From positions 33,914,001 through 33,978,000 of the forward strand of contig NC_043010.1 in the NCBI RefSeq assembly GCF_006345805.1: 64,000 bases of DNA, given 5' to 3'. Shown in pieces: positions 39,871-51,420 of the stretch; position 1 is the stretch's first letter; each line of letters starts with the position of its first letter. The translations under genes and the position numbers were made by a program. The notes beneath the pieces are model-generated. The model saw only the letters and a list, made by a program, of their open reading frames with translations. It was not told the origin of the DNA and made no database searches. The stretch is from Octopus sinensis (Eukaryota).

Positions 39871-40166
39871 TAGTCTACACTACTCCATAAGGAACATAGG
39901 GCCACAACCTCTTCATGCCAATGAACATGATCTTGGGTTACCTCCTTGACTTCAGACGAAGAAACACCGACTGCTTTCACTTCATCTTCCACGCATTCTT
40001 TCCAAGTCTTCTTAGGTCATCCAACTTTCTTCTTTCCTTCAGATTGCCAGTCTAACACTTGCCTTGCAATGTTGCTTGGAGGTCTCCTTAGAGTGTGACC
40101 AATCCAGCCCCATTTCCTTTTCAGAATTTCTGGATTGATGGGAGTTTGGTTTGCTGTGTCCCACAG
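39871..40166 (-). mobile_element. second RTE-family LINE C-terminal remnant
   Basis: LWDTANQTPINPEILKRKWGWIGHTLRRPPSNIARQVLDWQSEGKKKVG*PKKTW; the internal TGA is consistent with CGA deamination of GRP. Confidence 0.75.
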
Positions 40167-41026
40167 AATTTACCTCATTACAATCTAGCTTAAGGCTACG
40201 AAACTGATTACCTTCATTTAATTCTATTTCAAACCATGCACCAAGTGTAAAGTAAAAAAGGTGAGAAAAGAACAGTTGAAATGTGTTGCACAAGTGGTAA
40301 GATCTGTCTGAGAACATTGCCAAAGCCTTGAAGAATGCTGCTAACAAGAATTTGAGTCCAAGCAAGTCCTTTAAAACATTTGAGCATATAACTGCATTCC
40401 AAATAACATGATTTGGAGCAAATATCCATCTAAGAAGCTAACATGCCCACTTTCAAAATCATACCAGCACCATGCAATTGATTCAGTGCTGAAAAGCACC
40501 AATTTCTGAAGTTATACTTTGTTGGTAATTTAAACAAGCAAGCAGAACAAAGATGTGGGAATTATCATGGTTTAATGTTTGATTCAACTCTACAACTTCA
40601 AAAAATGATTCCCAGTAACACCCCATACAATTTTAAAAACTTGCAGTTTCCAGTCAGTAATATATTTTTCCATGTTCATCAACAAATCTTAAGGGCATAC
40701 CTTAAAGGATGCTAGATCCTTGCTTTTCTCATGGTCAATTATTACATGCTGCCTCACAAATCCAAGCATAAAATGACATCATTATGTGTATGATTCACAA
40801 GAGAAAACAATGAATAATATTAATCAAGGTGTACTGTAATGTAAATAAATTACTTTGTGATATTATAATTCCCTGAGCTATTTTAGCTATTATTTTGATT
40901 ATAACAGAATTTTTAAAATACAGTTTTTTTCAAATGTAACAAAAAAAAATTGATAAATCTCTTAAAGTTTATGAAATGGAAATCTGTATTGAATTGATTG
41001 AATCAAATTATGTTATTTTTGTTGGT

Positions 41027-41037
41027 TTTATTTTATT
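41027..41037 (-). terminator. candidate DENND10 polyadenylation signals
   Basis: two overlapping AATAAA on - strand about 110 nt past the stop. Confidence 0.4.
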
Positions 41038-41144
41038 AATAGAAAAAAAAAAGAGTATTTCTTTTGGAATTTCCAAATCCACAAGCTGTAATGCACTGAA
41101 AGTGGTTTAAAAATTCCTAATTCAGGTGTCATTTTAGGAAAAAC

Positions 41145-41318
41145 TTAATACTTGGCCAACCCTTCACAAACAGCAAGGTTATAGAGAAAGGTTTCTGTAT
41201 TTTTGGGCATTTTCCTACTTCTCAGTAGTTCTAAAGTTATATAAGATTTCCCAGTTTCATCAGTTTCTGACAAGGAAGTCAAATTGGTAAGTAATTCTTT
41301 GGTTTTCTCAGAAATTTT
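41145..41318 (-). CDS. DENND10: DENND10/FAM45A exon 8 (last)
   Basis: tttcag|AAA...TATTAA; KISEKTKELLTNL...MPKNTETFLYNLAVCEGLAKY* (human FPPATENFLYHLAAAEQMLKI). Confidence 0.93.
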   Translation of the reverse strand, partial: KISEKTKELLTNLTSLSETDETGKSYITLELLRSRKMPKNTETFLYNLAVCEGLAKY

Positions 41319-42523
41319 CTGAAAAGATAAAAATTATGTGCATGTACATGTGTGTTAACTTAAAATTAAGTGAAACTCTGATAATTCAGTTATAATCAAC
41401 TCTAATACATTACAGAGCATTTCTATTCATCTTTAAAATTGTTATGAAAAACAATTACAAATGACGTCTATTACAACTGAGATGTTTGAAAGTTGAGATA
41501 TATTGCAGGAGTGATTACAGCAAAGTTTTTTCATTGGCCCATATGGTCCCTACTTCAGAGACAATAGGCTGTTTGTTAAGACAGTTTTAGATGAGTGATT
41601 GTATACAGGCACCTAAATTGAGATATGTGGCTCTATTTTAAAAAAACAGCCCCAGATTTTGCTTTACAGAGATCTTTGATTAAAAGGTACAGTTTTTATT
41701 ATTCCATCTTTTTTGTTTTCAGAGAGTATATATCAAAGATTACAATGACTAAGTTGTCTTTCCTTTTTGTAGCAATGTAAGGTATGATTTGAAGGGGATT
41801 TGGCTTCTATTCTTAGCAGATTAAGTGACTGCTTATAACAATTTGTTAGGAGAGATTTGGTTGTCACATTACCAATAATTAGGTCCAACAACAAAGAGGG
41901 TCTCATACTGACATGTAGTCATCACCATCATCATCCTCGTAATTTAATGTCAAATGTTCCACATGTTGCACAATTTCACAAGATCTGATGAGCTACAGGG
42001 CTGTACCAAGCTCCAATGTCAGTTTTGGCATGATTTCTATAGCTAGATGCCCTTCCTAAATCCAGTGTGTACATTATGCTTTTTTCATGCTACTAGCACT
42101 CTACTTCACAACAACCCCTAAAACATTATGTGAAGGCGCATGGCTTATGGTTACAGTGCTAGACTCATTATCATAAGATAATTCCTTTACCAAGCAATGC
42201 ATTGTGCTCTTGAGCAAAACATTTCATTTCCTGTTGCTACAGTCCACAGCTGGTAAAAAAGAGAACTCCTGCAACGGACCGGTATCTCATCCAGGGAGGA
42301 ATGCATATAGCAGAGAAACCAGGAAACTGACTCTATGCTCCTTACAGAGTAATGTAGACTAACCAGCCCCTAAACAATATCAACATTTCCAGCATGGAAG
42401 TAGAAATAGTACTCACCTTGAGAAGTACGTCTCTACATGCTAGGACATCCCACTTCAAGTGTTGTATATAAGCAACTGAATGTACTGTTAGTACTTGATA
42501 TAGTTATAAAGGATTTGTCTTAC

Positions 42524-42618
42524 CTTAATTAACTGCTGTTGCGAGCAGTCTGTATCTTCAGCACATTTCACCATAAACATTGCTATATCTTTATGTAGTT
42601 TTCCCATTGCAAGTGATT
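42524..42618 (-). CDS. DENND10: DENND10 exon 7
   Basis: tttcag|AA...AAG|gtaaga; ESLAMGKLHKDIAMFMVKCAEDTDCSQQQLIK (human EAMAMGKLHKEM). Confidence 0.95.
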
Positions 42619-42933
42619 CTGAAAAGTGTAAAGGAGGACAATATCAAATACTATTACATTAAGTATTTCTAGTACAGTGACAGTAAATATTTATACAATA
42701 TATCAAACTAGGAGTAACACTGCCCTCTGGCCAGTTTCCTGCTAGCATATGTAATATGTGTATGCTCTAATAACTTGTAATTCACCAAATTTGAGGGAGA
42801 TTTGTCTGCCACATATATCAGAATGGACACTACATAGAGACTTCCTCAGTGATCTAGCCAAGAAATCATAGACACAATTAACAGAAGAAATAATGAAATA
42901 ACTTTTCTAGAAATTACTAACATAACAACTTAC

Positions 42934-43001
42934 CTTTAGCCCCTGGGCTAACACTGATCTCACGAGTCTGTAGATTCACAAGTAAATCATAGAGGTCAGA
43001 T
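42934..43001 (-). CDS. DENND10: DENND10 exon 6
   Basis: ctatag|A...AAAG|gtaagt; SDLYDLLVNLQTREISVSPGAK. Confidence 0.95.
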
Positions 43002-43177
43002 CTATAGAGAAAATAAATCATATGTATTTTGAAGATGTACTTGTTTGGCAAGAAATACAAAGGAATATAGTGTCAATGACCATGATAAAGATACGCAACA
43101 AATAACTTCAATACTGAATAACATGTAATAATAATACTATTACAAAATGAATCGTATAAGAGTGTATGTTTTAAATG

Positions 43178-43303
43178 TATTTCTTTACTGCCCACAAGGG
43201 GCTAAACATAGAGGGGACAAACAAGAACAGACAAAGGGATTAAGTCGATTACATCGACCCCAGTGGGAAACTGGTACTTTATTTATCGACCCCGAAAGGT
43301 AAC
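43178..43303 (-). mobile_element. 5-prime-truncated SINE B with 14-bp TSD
   Basis: TSD GTATGTTTTAAATG at 43164-43177 and 43304-43317. Confidence 0.85.
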
Positions 43304-45331
43304 GTATGTTTTAAATGGTTGGCATGACACTACAATGATGAAATTACTTGATTATATATCAGATATCAGGTATATCTGATATACATATATATATATAAAA
43401 ATTTATCTGATATATCAGATAAATTCTTGATTTATTGAAGGTACCTCTATTTTCAGAAAGTGTAGACTATTGACCAACTGATTAGTGACAACTCGCACCT
43501 ACAATAAATGAGAAGGGGAGATAACCTCAAGAATTAGAAATTCTTGAAAATTGATATGCCATTATGGAAAAAACAATTTGCCTGTCTGAAGGCAAGAGGA
43601 CAGCTGTAGATAAGTATTTCTACCTTAGTAGGTGTCATCAGCAGAAGAGACACCTAAACATAAATAAAAAAGAAACAAGTTTACAGCCTAGGTAATTTGC
43701 ATATATGAAACGAAAATGAGCTAGAGTACCAAATATATAAAGAACAAACACATATTTATATATACTAAATAACATATAAGACATAATCATGATTTATCGA
43801 AATTATCTCTACCTCCATGGAGAGTAGGTCAACTGCTTAGAAGCAATAGGTATGAACTCCAAATGTAGAGAAGAGATAATCTCAAGAACCAAAATCTCCC
43901 CAAAATTGATGTGCCATTAACCCATTAGCATTCATATTATTTTATCAAATCTAATGCATATTTATTCACATTTTTTAAAATCCATCATGCATTATCTCGT
44001 AGCTTTGAGATTTTGCTGATGTAATTGTTTATTTTTAAAATGACATTATTGGGCAAGTGTTAGAGGCTAGATCTGGTCAGTTTGAACATAAAGCAGGTAG
44101 AGTATTTGCACCAGAGATAACCAGTTTAAATGCTGGAAAAGACGGTGTGATTCTCTGAAAACAAGGAGATAGATGTGGATATTGTACCGATTACCACTAA
44201 GCAATTGGTCTTGTCTCCCTGGAAGCAGAGATAATTTCAATAACTCAAGAGTGTATAATGTGTTATTTAAAACATTTATCCATCTTGTGTTGTTCAAATA
44301 TAAGGCACTTGCCATTCTGAGTTATTTCTCTTAACTCATTTTCATTTTATGTGTCATCATCATCATCTTTATCATTTAACGTCAGTTTTCCATGCTGGCA
44401 TGTGTTGGACGTCTTGACAGGAACTGCCAAGGCCAGGAGCAATGCTTGCTTCTGTAATAGTCTGTTTCGGCTTGGTTTCTACAGCTGGGAGCCTTTTCAA
44501 AAGCTAATCTAAGTTGATCTAAATTTGCATTGCATATTCTACTCAGAGTGTGCTGCGTGCTTTTTATGTGTTCCATCACCTGTGCTTTTTACATGGCACC
44601 AACCCCAGTGCTTTTTAGATGGCACCAGCACCTATATATATATATATATATATATATACATGCACACACATACGCACAAATGTTGAATTGTGATTGAATG
44701 ACTGAGAGAGGAGTGCTCAAAACACGTTGCAAACATATGGTTTTATTGAAAGTGAATATTTATCTTAGGACTCAAATTTCCCACCACAGTAATTTTCAGG
44801 CTGACGAAATCACAGACATACTAAAATTTACCTTCAGTAAACTATCATCATCATCGTCAACATTTGACATCTATTTTTATGCTAGCATGGATTGGATGGT
44901 TTGACAAGAGCCAGCTAGGTAGAAGACAACACCAGGCTACTGTGTCTGTTTTGGCATGGTTTTTACGGCTGGATGCCCTTCCTGACACCAACCACCCCAT
45001 AGAGTAAGCAGTCTTTTTTACATGGCTCCAGCATAGGCAATGTTTTGGCATGACTTTTACAACTGGCTGCCCTTCCAAATGCCAACCACTTCAGTGTGAA
45101 CTGGATACTTTTTACATGGCACCAGCACAAGTAGGGTCACCAAATAACTTGCAAGATAAGGAATTGTGAGAGGGGAGGGGGCATTAGAGGAGGTGATTTT
45201 GTGTCAGATGATGAAAGATTAGAGTGTGACAAAGAGACAGAGAGGCAGAAACAGGTGTCTTGCTTTAGAGGAGGTACTTGGTTACCCAGCCAAGAGAGAG
45301 AGAGAGAGAGAATTACTGAAGACAACAATAC

Positions 45332-45475
45332 CTGTTCTGAATCAAGGCATCAGTAAAACCAGCAATATAAGATGTTCGACTTTTCAAATCAGTCTCAATA
45401 TCTGTATTGTCCAGCGTGATGTAAGGAAACAAGTTGCTCCAGTCTTGACGGTGCCATGCTAGTGCTGGTAAACTC
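45332..45475 (-). CDS. DENND10: DENND10 exon 5
   Basis: ttacag|G...AACAG|gtattg; SLPALAWHRQDWSNLFPYITL...YIAGFTDALIQNR (human TLPALVWHRQDW). Confidence 0.96.
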
Positions 45476-45560
45476 CTGTAAATTGAAAAACCAAAACAAA
45501 ATTCTTATATAATCATATATATATGTGCATGAGTATACGTAATCATGTGCACACACACAC

Positions 45561-45779
45561 ACAAGGGGGTGCTGAAAAGTTCCTGGCTTTAAGGGCATCA
45601 TGAAAGGCCTTGTTGGAGACCCAACCTTCCAAATTCTTTTATAGGTATTAGAAAAAATGAAGGATCACTGCAATAAGTGTGTGAATCTGAGAGGGGAATA
45701 TGTTGAATAAAATCATAATTAACTGATCCTCTGTATTTCCTTTTATCCAAAGCCAGGAACTTTTCATCACCTCCCTCGT
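45561..45779. mobile_element. mariner-type MITE copy 1
   Basis: TIRs GGGGGTGCTGAAAAGTTCCTGGCTTT / AAAGCCAGGAACTTTTCATCACCTCCC. Confidence 0.8.
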
Positions 45780-45917
45780 TTTTCAAAAATATATTACACA
45801 CACACACATATATATTTAAAAATATATATACACATACATACATATACATTCATATGCTGAACACACACATATACAGCCATATACTGGACACACACCAAAA
45901 ATATACCATTTACTCAC

Positions 45918-46029
45918 CGAATAAAGGTCAGCAATTCACTTATTTTAGGATGGTAGACTACAATAGACTTTTTCAGTAACTGTGCAGTGTAAATTAGAAT
46001 TGTTTCCACTCCAAAGATTTGTATAACAT
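45918..46029 (-). CDS. DENND10: DENND10 exon 4
   Basis: ttccag|AT...ATTCG|gtgagt; VIQIFGVETILIYTAQLLKKSIVVYHPKISELLTFIR. Confidence 0.96.
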
Positions 46030-46633
46030 CTGGAAGAGAAAAACATTTTACTTGAGTAAAATCCAAACACTAAAAACAAAAGATTGATGACTACTGAATA
46101 AATATTACATTGTTGTTATTTTTTAATCTGTGTTTTTTTTTTACTTTTTTTTTTACTTTTTTGTTAATAGGTTTAATAAGGAGAGACTAGCTGTGTGCAT
46201 GACTTTCACACATTCTCTGAGACTAATGATATTGTAGTGGCTGTTGTTCTACTTCAACAGCTGCAAATTGACAACCGCAAGAAAAATGCAGGGCAGAATA
46301 AAATTTCAAAAGATATCCTGGACATGAAGGATTGAACAAAGTGGTGGGTGGGTGAGGAAAACAGTATTGGTGATAATATGAGAGACCAGGAGAGAACATT
46401 CAGATTGCTCTGTCAAATATAATGTATCTTTATTCACATTTTTCTCAATTCATCATGCCTTACCTCATACTTTTGAGATTTCGAGGATGTCATTTATTAT
46501 ATTTTTAGAATGACATTGCAGAGTAGGTGTGAGAGGCCAGATCTGGCCAGTTTGAACATAAAACAGGTAGAATATTTAGGTCGGATGTGGCCGGTTTAAA
46601 TGCTAAAGGGTTAATCATGGGTTCTTTACTCAC

Positions 46634-46862
46634 TTCTCAGGTTAGATGCAGCATAAGCTTGCCTGACATCAAAGTCTTTTGCTGTAAAATGCATCTTGTC
46701 TTCTGTTTTACATTCCCCTTTGGTCACAACATTCAAGTAACACTGTAACATTGTTGCTGGACTGGCAGATTTCATGTAGACACTGCTAAGAACTTCACAC
46801 AAGGCTTTATATTGCTCTGGTTGAAAGGTTTTGGCAACTAAAACCAAAGACACAAAGGTCAC
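46634..46862 (-). CDS. DENND10: DENND10 exon 3
   Basis: ttacag|GTG...AGAA|gtgagt; VTFVSLVLVAKTFQPEQY...KDFDVRQAY (human SKDFDVRKAY). Confidence 0.96.
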
Positions 46863-47120
46863 CTGTAAAAGTAAAATATTAGTCTATTTATTTATTCATT
46901 TACTCTTCCATGCTGCATCTACTTTTTCTATTCCTTCTTGGAGAGAAATGAGGCAAGAATGTAAAGTTAACTTACAAGTGAGGTGAGAGAGTGAATGGTT
47001 ATTAACGGCATTAATTGATGCAATCATGAAGAAAAGACTGCATTGGAATTGATGATGTAATGTAATGTGAATAGATAATGAGCAAAGGAAGGATAAGATA
47101 CAAGGAGAAGTGATGGAGGT

Positions 47121-47338
47121 ATGAGGGATGCCGAAAAGTTCCTGGCTTTGGGTAAAAGAAAATACAGGAGGATCAGTTAATTATGGTTTATGCAACATGG
47201 TCCCTTATCAGATTCACACATTTATTGAAGTGGTCCCTTAGTTTTTTCTAAGTTCTGTAAAAGAACTCAGAAGGTTGGGCCTTCAACCAGGCCTTTCATG
47301 ATACCCTTAAAGCCAGGGACTTTACTGTACCCCTTCAT
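47121..47338. mobile_element. mariner-type MITE copy 2 (opposite orientation to copy 1)
   Basis: same TIR family with TA flanks; interior is the reverse complement of copy 1. Confidence 0.8.
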
Positions 47339-47494
47339 ATATCTCAAGATGTTGTGCCTCACAGATAAGATGCATAGAATTAGGACAAATAGTGATATTC
47401 AATACTGTCAACAAACCCAACACATACCAACATGGAAAAATGTATGTTAGAACAATGATGATGATGATGTAGTAAAAATAATAGTGGAACAAAC

Positions 47495-47694
47495 CTTAGG
47501 TAAACTGTGACAGTTCAGAGGTACTTGTGTTGTATAAATGTAATACCAATGTCGTTCAGACTGGCTGTACAAAAACTCTATGTGAGGAGATACCTCTGTG
47601 GCAACATTGCAGCGATGCAGAAATTTCTCTTGCTGTTCACCACTAATGGATGGATATGACCAAACAAACAGGCTGTCAGCATTGTTATCTTTCT
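47495..47694 (-). CDS. DENND10: DENND10 exon 2
   Basis: tcgcag|AG...AAG|gtttgt; EKDNNADSLFVWSYPS...WYYIYTTQV (human EKDTNGEVLWVWCYPS). Confidence 0.95.
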
Positions 47695-48865
47695 CTGCGA
47701 ACCAGGGAAACAAGAATATAAATATTTTTTTTTTAAAAACCCAAAGATATCTAATATAAAATATATGAAAATTTCTTGACATGCAAAAGATAACACTATC
47801 TGGAGATACAAAATTTATAAAGGTAGCTTGAAATAGAAAACATGTTGACAGACAAAACCTATAAAAATATTTTTAAATATATGGTGCAAAGATGTTGCAG
47901 ATTGCAAGCAGGAAATTGTGATAGTAAAACAAAATCTGGGAAGGGGTTAGGAGGTCAGAGCAAACCTAAAGACAATCTACCAATATATATATATATATAT
48001 TATATATATACACACACACATATGATGTGCTTGCCCACTTGAGTGATCAATGTACAGGCATGAAATAGTAGGAATATAGCGGTACAAATTATGAATACTC
48101 CAATGTATGTGGAAAAAGACCTCAGGGGTACACTTTTTTTTCATACTAAATACAAATATAATGAGATGGGAAACTTTGATCAACCAAGGTTATCCAAGCC
48201 TTTAGTAGCCAAAAGATCCTTGGACTGTTTAAAAATCTCAAAATAAGGGCGACTACTGTAATAAGATCAGTTGATCTAAATTCGCATTGCATATTCTAGT
48301 CAGTTGCCAAACTAAGAGTGATCAATAGATAGAGAAATCCAAAGAATAGCTTTGGCCCAGTGGTAGAATGCCTACAATGCTTATAAGAGATGTGCATTTC
48401 AGTCCCACAAATGACCTTCAACTTTTTCTATGGGTTTCTTCAACCCAGTATATACATCCTATCATTTATATCCTTATCTGCTTCGAGATTCACCATTTCA
48501 ACAAAGAATTATTTCATGCTCTTTCAAAGGATATTTTCCTTTAGCCATATGGCTTGTATACATAATCAGTATCACACATTCTTTCTATTTCTTTGTATTT
48601 ATTGACCACTCTTAATCATGTCAGTGGAGAGGAATATACTTCACTGATGAGGTCTAATTAATATTAAAACAAGCCTGTTGTTTTCACAAGTTAAGTTTTA
48701 AAGACCAATCCTGGTTGTCTTTATTATCCAAAGGTCAACTCATCTCACTGAAGTTTTTTTTTTTAACATACTAAATTACAAATGTGGTAACTTCACCGTT
48801 TTGTATAATAAATACGTTAAACGCTTTCCTTAAATACTTTCTCCTCGTACTATATATATATATAT

Positions 48866-48902
<37 letters not shown>

Positions 48903-49854
48903 AAGGAGGGGGGATCGAACTCATGTAGATCGGGTTTCGATCCCACAGCGTGACATCTTATGCAAGAATCTTCTCTTATAGCCTCGGGTCCGTTAATACC
49001 CCTATTGGTGAAATTTGGTAGATGAAAACTGTGCAAGTAGTTCGGCGCTATATGCGTGCGGCTGTGTTTACGTTTTCGGACTGGAAACCACTATTGCTTA
49101 TATCTAAGTCTCGAAGTACTGGAAGTGTTACATTCCGCCAAACCCTTGAGGGCGGTGCCCCGGCATGAAACCAGTATAAGAATATATACACTACTTATAT
49201 ATCATCACCTGATACAAAGTTAAAATTTTAATGTGTATAAACTATATATATATACATATCCTTAATGGAACCGGGAAAACAAAAACTTTTAAAAGCTTAT
49301 TTTCCAGAAGGGGTGTGTTACAAGTTCATTCCGTAACCCGTTAAAACACCTCCTCTACAAGCATCAGTTGATTTCATTCATAAACCTGACCTATTGTATG
49401 AAATTTTAGGCATATTTGCGTTGCTAGCTTCTTAGACACCCAGTCCCACGTTATGATAAATAAGTACATAAATACAACCAGTTAGGAGTGTATTTACGAG
49501 TGTACGTGTGTGATATGAAATGTTTCTTCCTTAACAATAGTCATATCCAGGTTTTCTTTTCTCTAAACATCAACACCGATACAAATTTAATAAAAATGAT
49601 GATGATAATAATAATAACAAAATAGTAAACAAACATGGGTTTAACAGACGGCTGCTAACGCTTAATCGTGTAGCAATGTATTTCCTTGATGAGAGGGGAG
49701 GATGCGATATAATGAATATTTACAACTTATAAGGAGACCTTATATATACGAAAATAGATTTGTGTGTAAGGTTAAGAATTAACTGGGCAAAGAAGAGAAA
49801 ATATTTAAAAAAAAGTATAGATATACGTAGAAAAACAAAGACACCGCCACTCAC

Positions 49855-49894
49855 CAACCAAACCAATGGATAGCAACTGACAAGCACCCGCCAT
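49855..49894 (-). CDS. DENND10: DENND10 exon 1 (start)
   Basis: caagATGGCGGGT...GTTG|gtgagt; MAGACQLLSIGLV+G; the start overlaps a YY1-type AAGATGGCGG motif. Confidence 0.9.
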
Positions 49895-51099
49895 CTTGCT
49901 AGTCTAACAATCATTCAGTATAACTCTACATAGAAGAACTCTTGAGAAACTACACAGACTCAATTCTTTGAAGCAGAAATATCACACATTTAGGCTACAA
50001 TAATGAATATTATTTTTCTTCTGTTCCACTTCTTTTTTGCTTTACAATAATACAAATGGATATATTTTTCCAGCAATATCCTTTATCACCTTAGATTTCA
50101 ATAAAAAAACCAAAAAAAGAGGACAAAATCCTTTCCCTTTCTTTGAGGAAAAAAGTAAATTAATTTTAAAATGGAAAAGTATGAATGGAAAAATAATGAA
50201 TTAAAAGCAACATAATGTTTATTAATCATTGAATGTTTCATGCCTCCTCTCTAAAGAACTTTGAAGAAAAATTTTCTTTATGGACTACCATAGAAATTTT
50301 AATGTAGTTTCATATTTATTTCAATGGTAGCATCTACAGGAATATCATGATCCACCTTTGGGAAGAGGGAATTCTGCCAGAATTCCTAAACAACTAAAAT
50401 GTCAAGGAATAATTTGTGCAATTGCGTTGTGGCTGTTGCACATGATCTGCATACCATCCTACTCAAATAAATTGCGCAGTATAAACATCTCAATATATAT
50501 ATTTATAGATATATACATATGTGTGTGTATACCTTATATAGACAGATATTAATACATCAATATAATCATGTAGGTTTTTTTTTAATTACAATCAGCAGAA
50601 GTAACAAAATGACTAAAAGGTTGTATGGTTACAAAGCCTACTTCCAAACCATATGACTTCAAGTTCAGTCCTGTTATGTGGCACCTTGGGCAAGTGTATT
50701 CTACCATTGCTGCAGGTTAACCAAAGCCATGAGAGTGGATTTGGTAGATGGAAACTGAAAGAAGCCCTTCCTATATGTGTGTGTATATATACTCTGTCTG
50801 GATATCACATAATGGTTGTAAATGGTTGACCATCACTGTGATACAAGTTAATTTCCAATGTTTCTGTGCAAAAACATGTCTGGTCATGGGGAAATATTAC
50901 CTTGCTTAGAAGCAGGTGAGGGTTGATGACAGGTAGGGCATCTGGCCATACAAAAGATGTTGGTTTCCCAACAACATGGTGTACGTGTCTTCTATTATAG
51001 CCCCAGGTCAATGAAAGTCCTGTGAACTGATTTGGTAGACAGAGTATGAAAGTCATATATATATGTGAATGTAATATGTGACAATTATTTGGTAGCCAT

Positions 51100-51160
51100 G
51101 ATAAAACTCCGAGTTTCAGATGCCGAGGTGGAAATCCACTCTACCATCTCTTCAGTTATC
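51100..51160 (-). ncRNA. second type I hammerhead fold (inverted copy)
   Basis: reverse complement reads GATAA-CTGAAGA-GATG..CATC-T-GAAA-CTCGGAG-TT-TTATC; same core, G-U closing pair. Confidence 0.65.
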
Positions 51161-51223
51161 CGGCCATCAGAAAAAATGCTATGAAAAAGATGGTCTTTTT
51201 CATAGCATTTTGTCCGATGGTGA

Positions 51224-51284
51224 GATAACTGAAGAGATGGTGGCGTGGATTTCCACCTCGGCATCCGAAACTCGGAGTTTTATC
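51224..51284 (+). ncRNA. type I hammerhead ribozyme fold (Penelope-like pLTR type)
   Basis: stem I GATAA(51224-28)/TTATC(51280-84); core CTGAAGA(51229-35); stem II GATG..CATC with inner GTGG-ATTT-CCAC; GAAA(51267-70); quasi-palindromic stem III ACTC-G-GAGT; predicted GUU cleavage after 51279. Confidence 0.7.
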
Positions 51285-51420
51285 ATGGCTACCGAATAAT
51301 TGTCACATATTACATTTACAGATAAATTCCTCTATTTACATAATATCGAGGTCTCTTTCATTCTTATGTTGTCTTACCATTTTTATCAATATATATATAG
51401 ATATAGATTATTATTATTGA

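Larger units (their letters stand above)
51064..51385. mobile_element. inverted (palindromic) Penelope-like pseudo-LTR pair
   Basis: arms 51064-51190 and 51194-51320 (127 bp, 10 mismatches, no indels, 3-nt loop), each with a hammerhead; the right side continues about 65 bp unpaired. Confidence 0.6.

Noticed and set aside
48644-48680. CTGATGAGGTC hammerhead-like start
   Set aside because: No GAAA or stem II closure downstream
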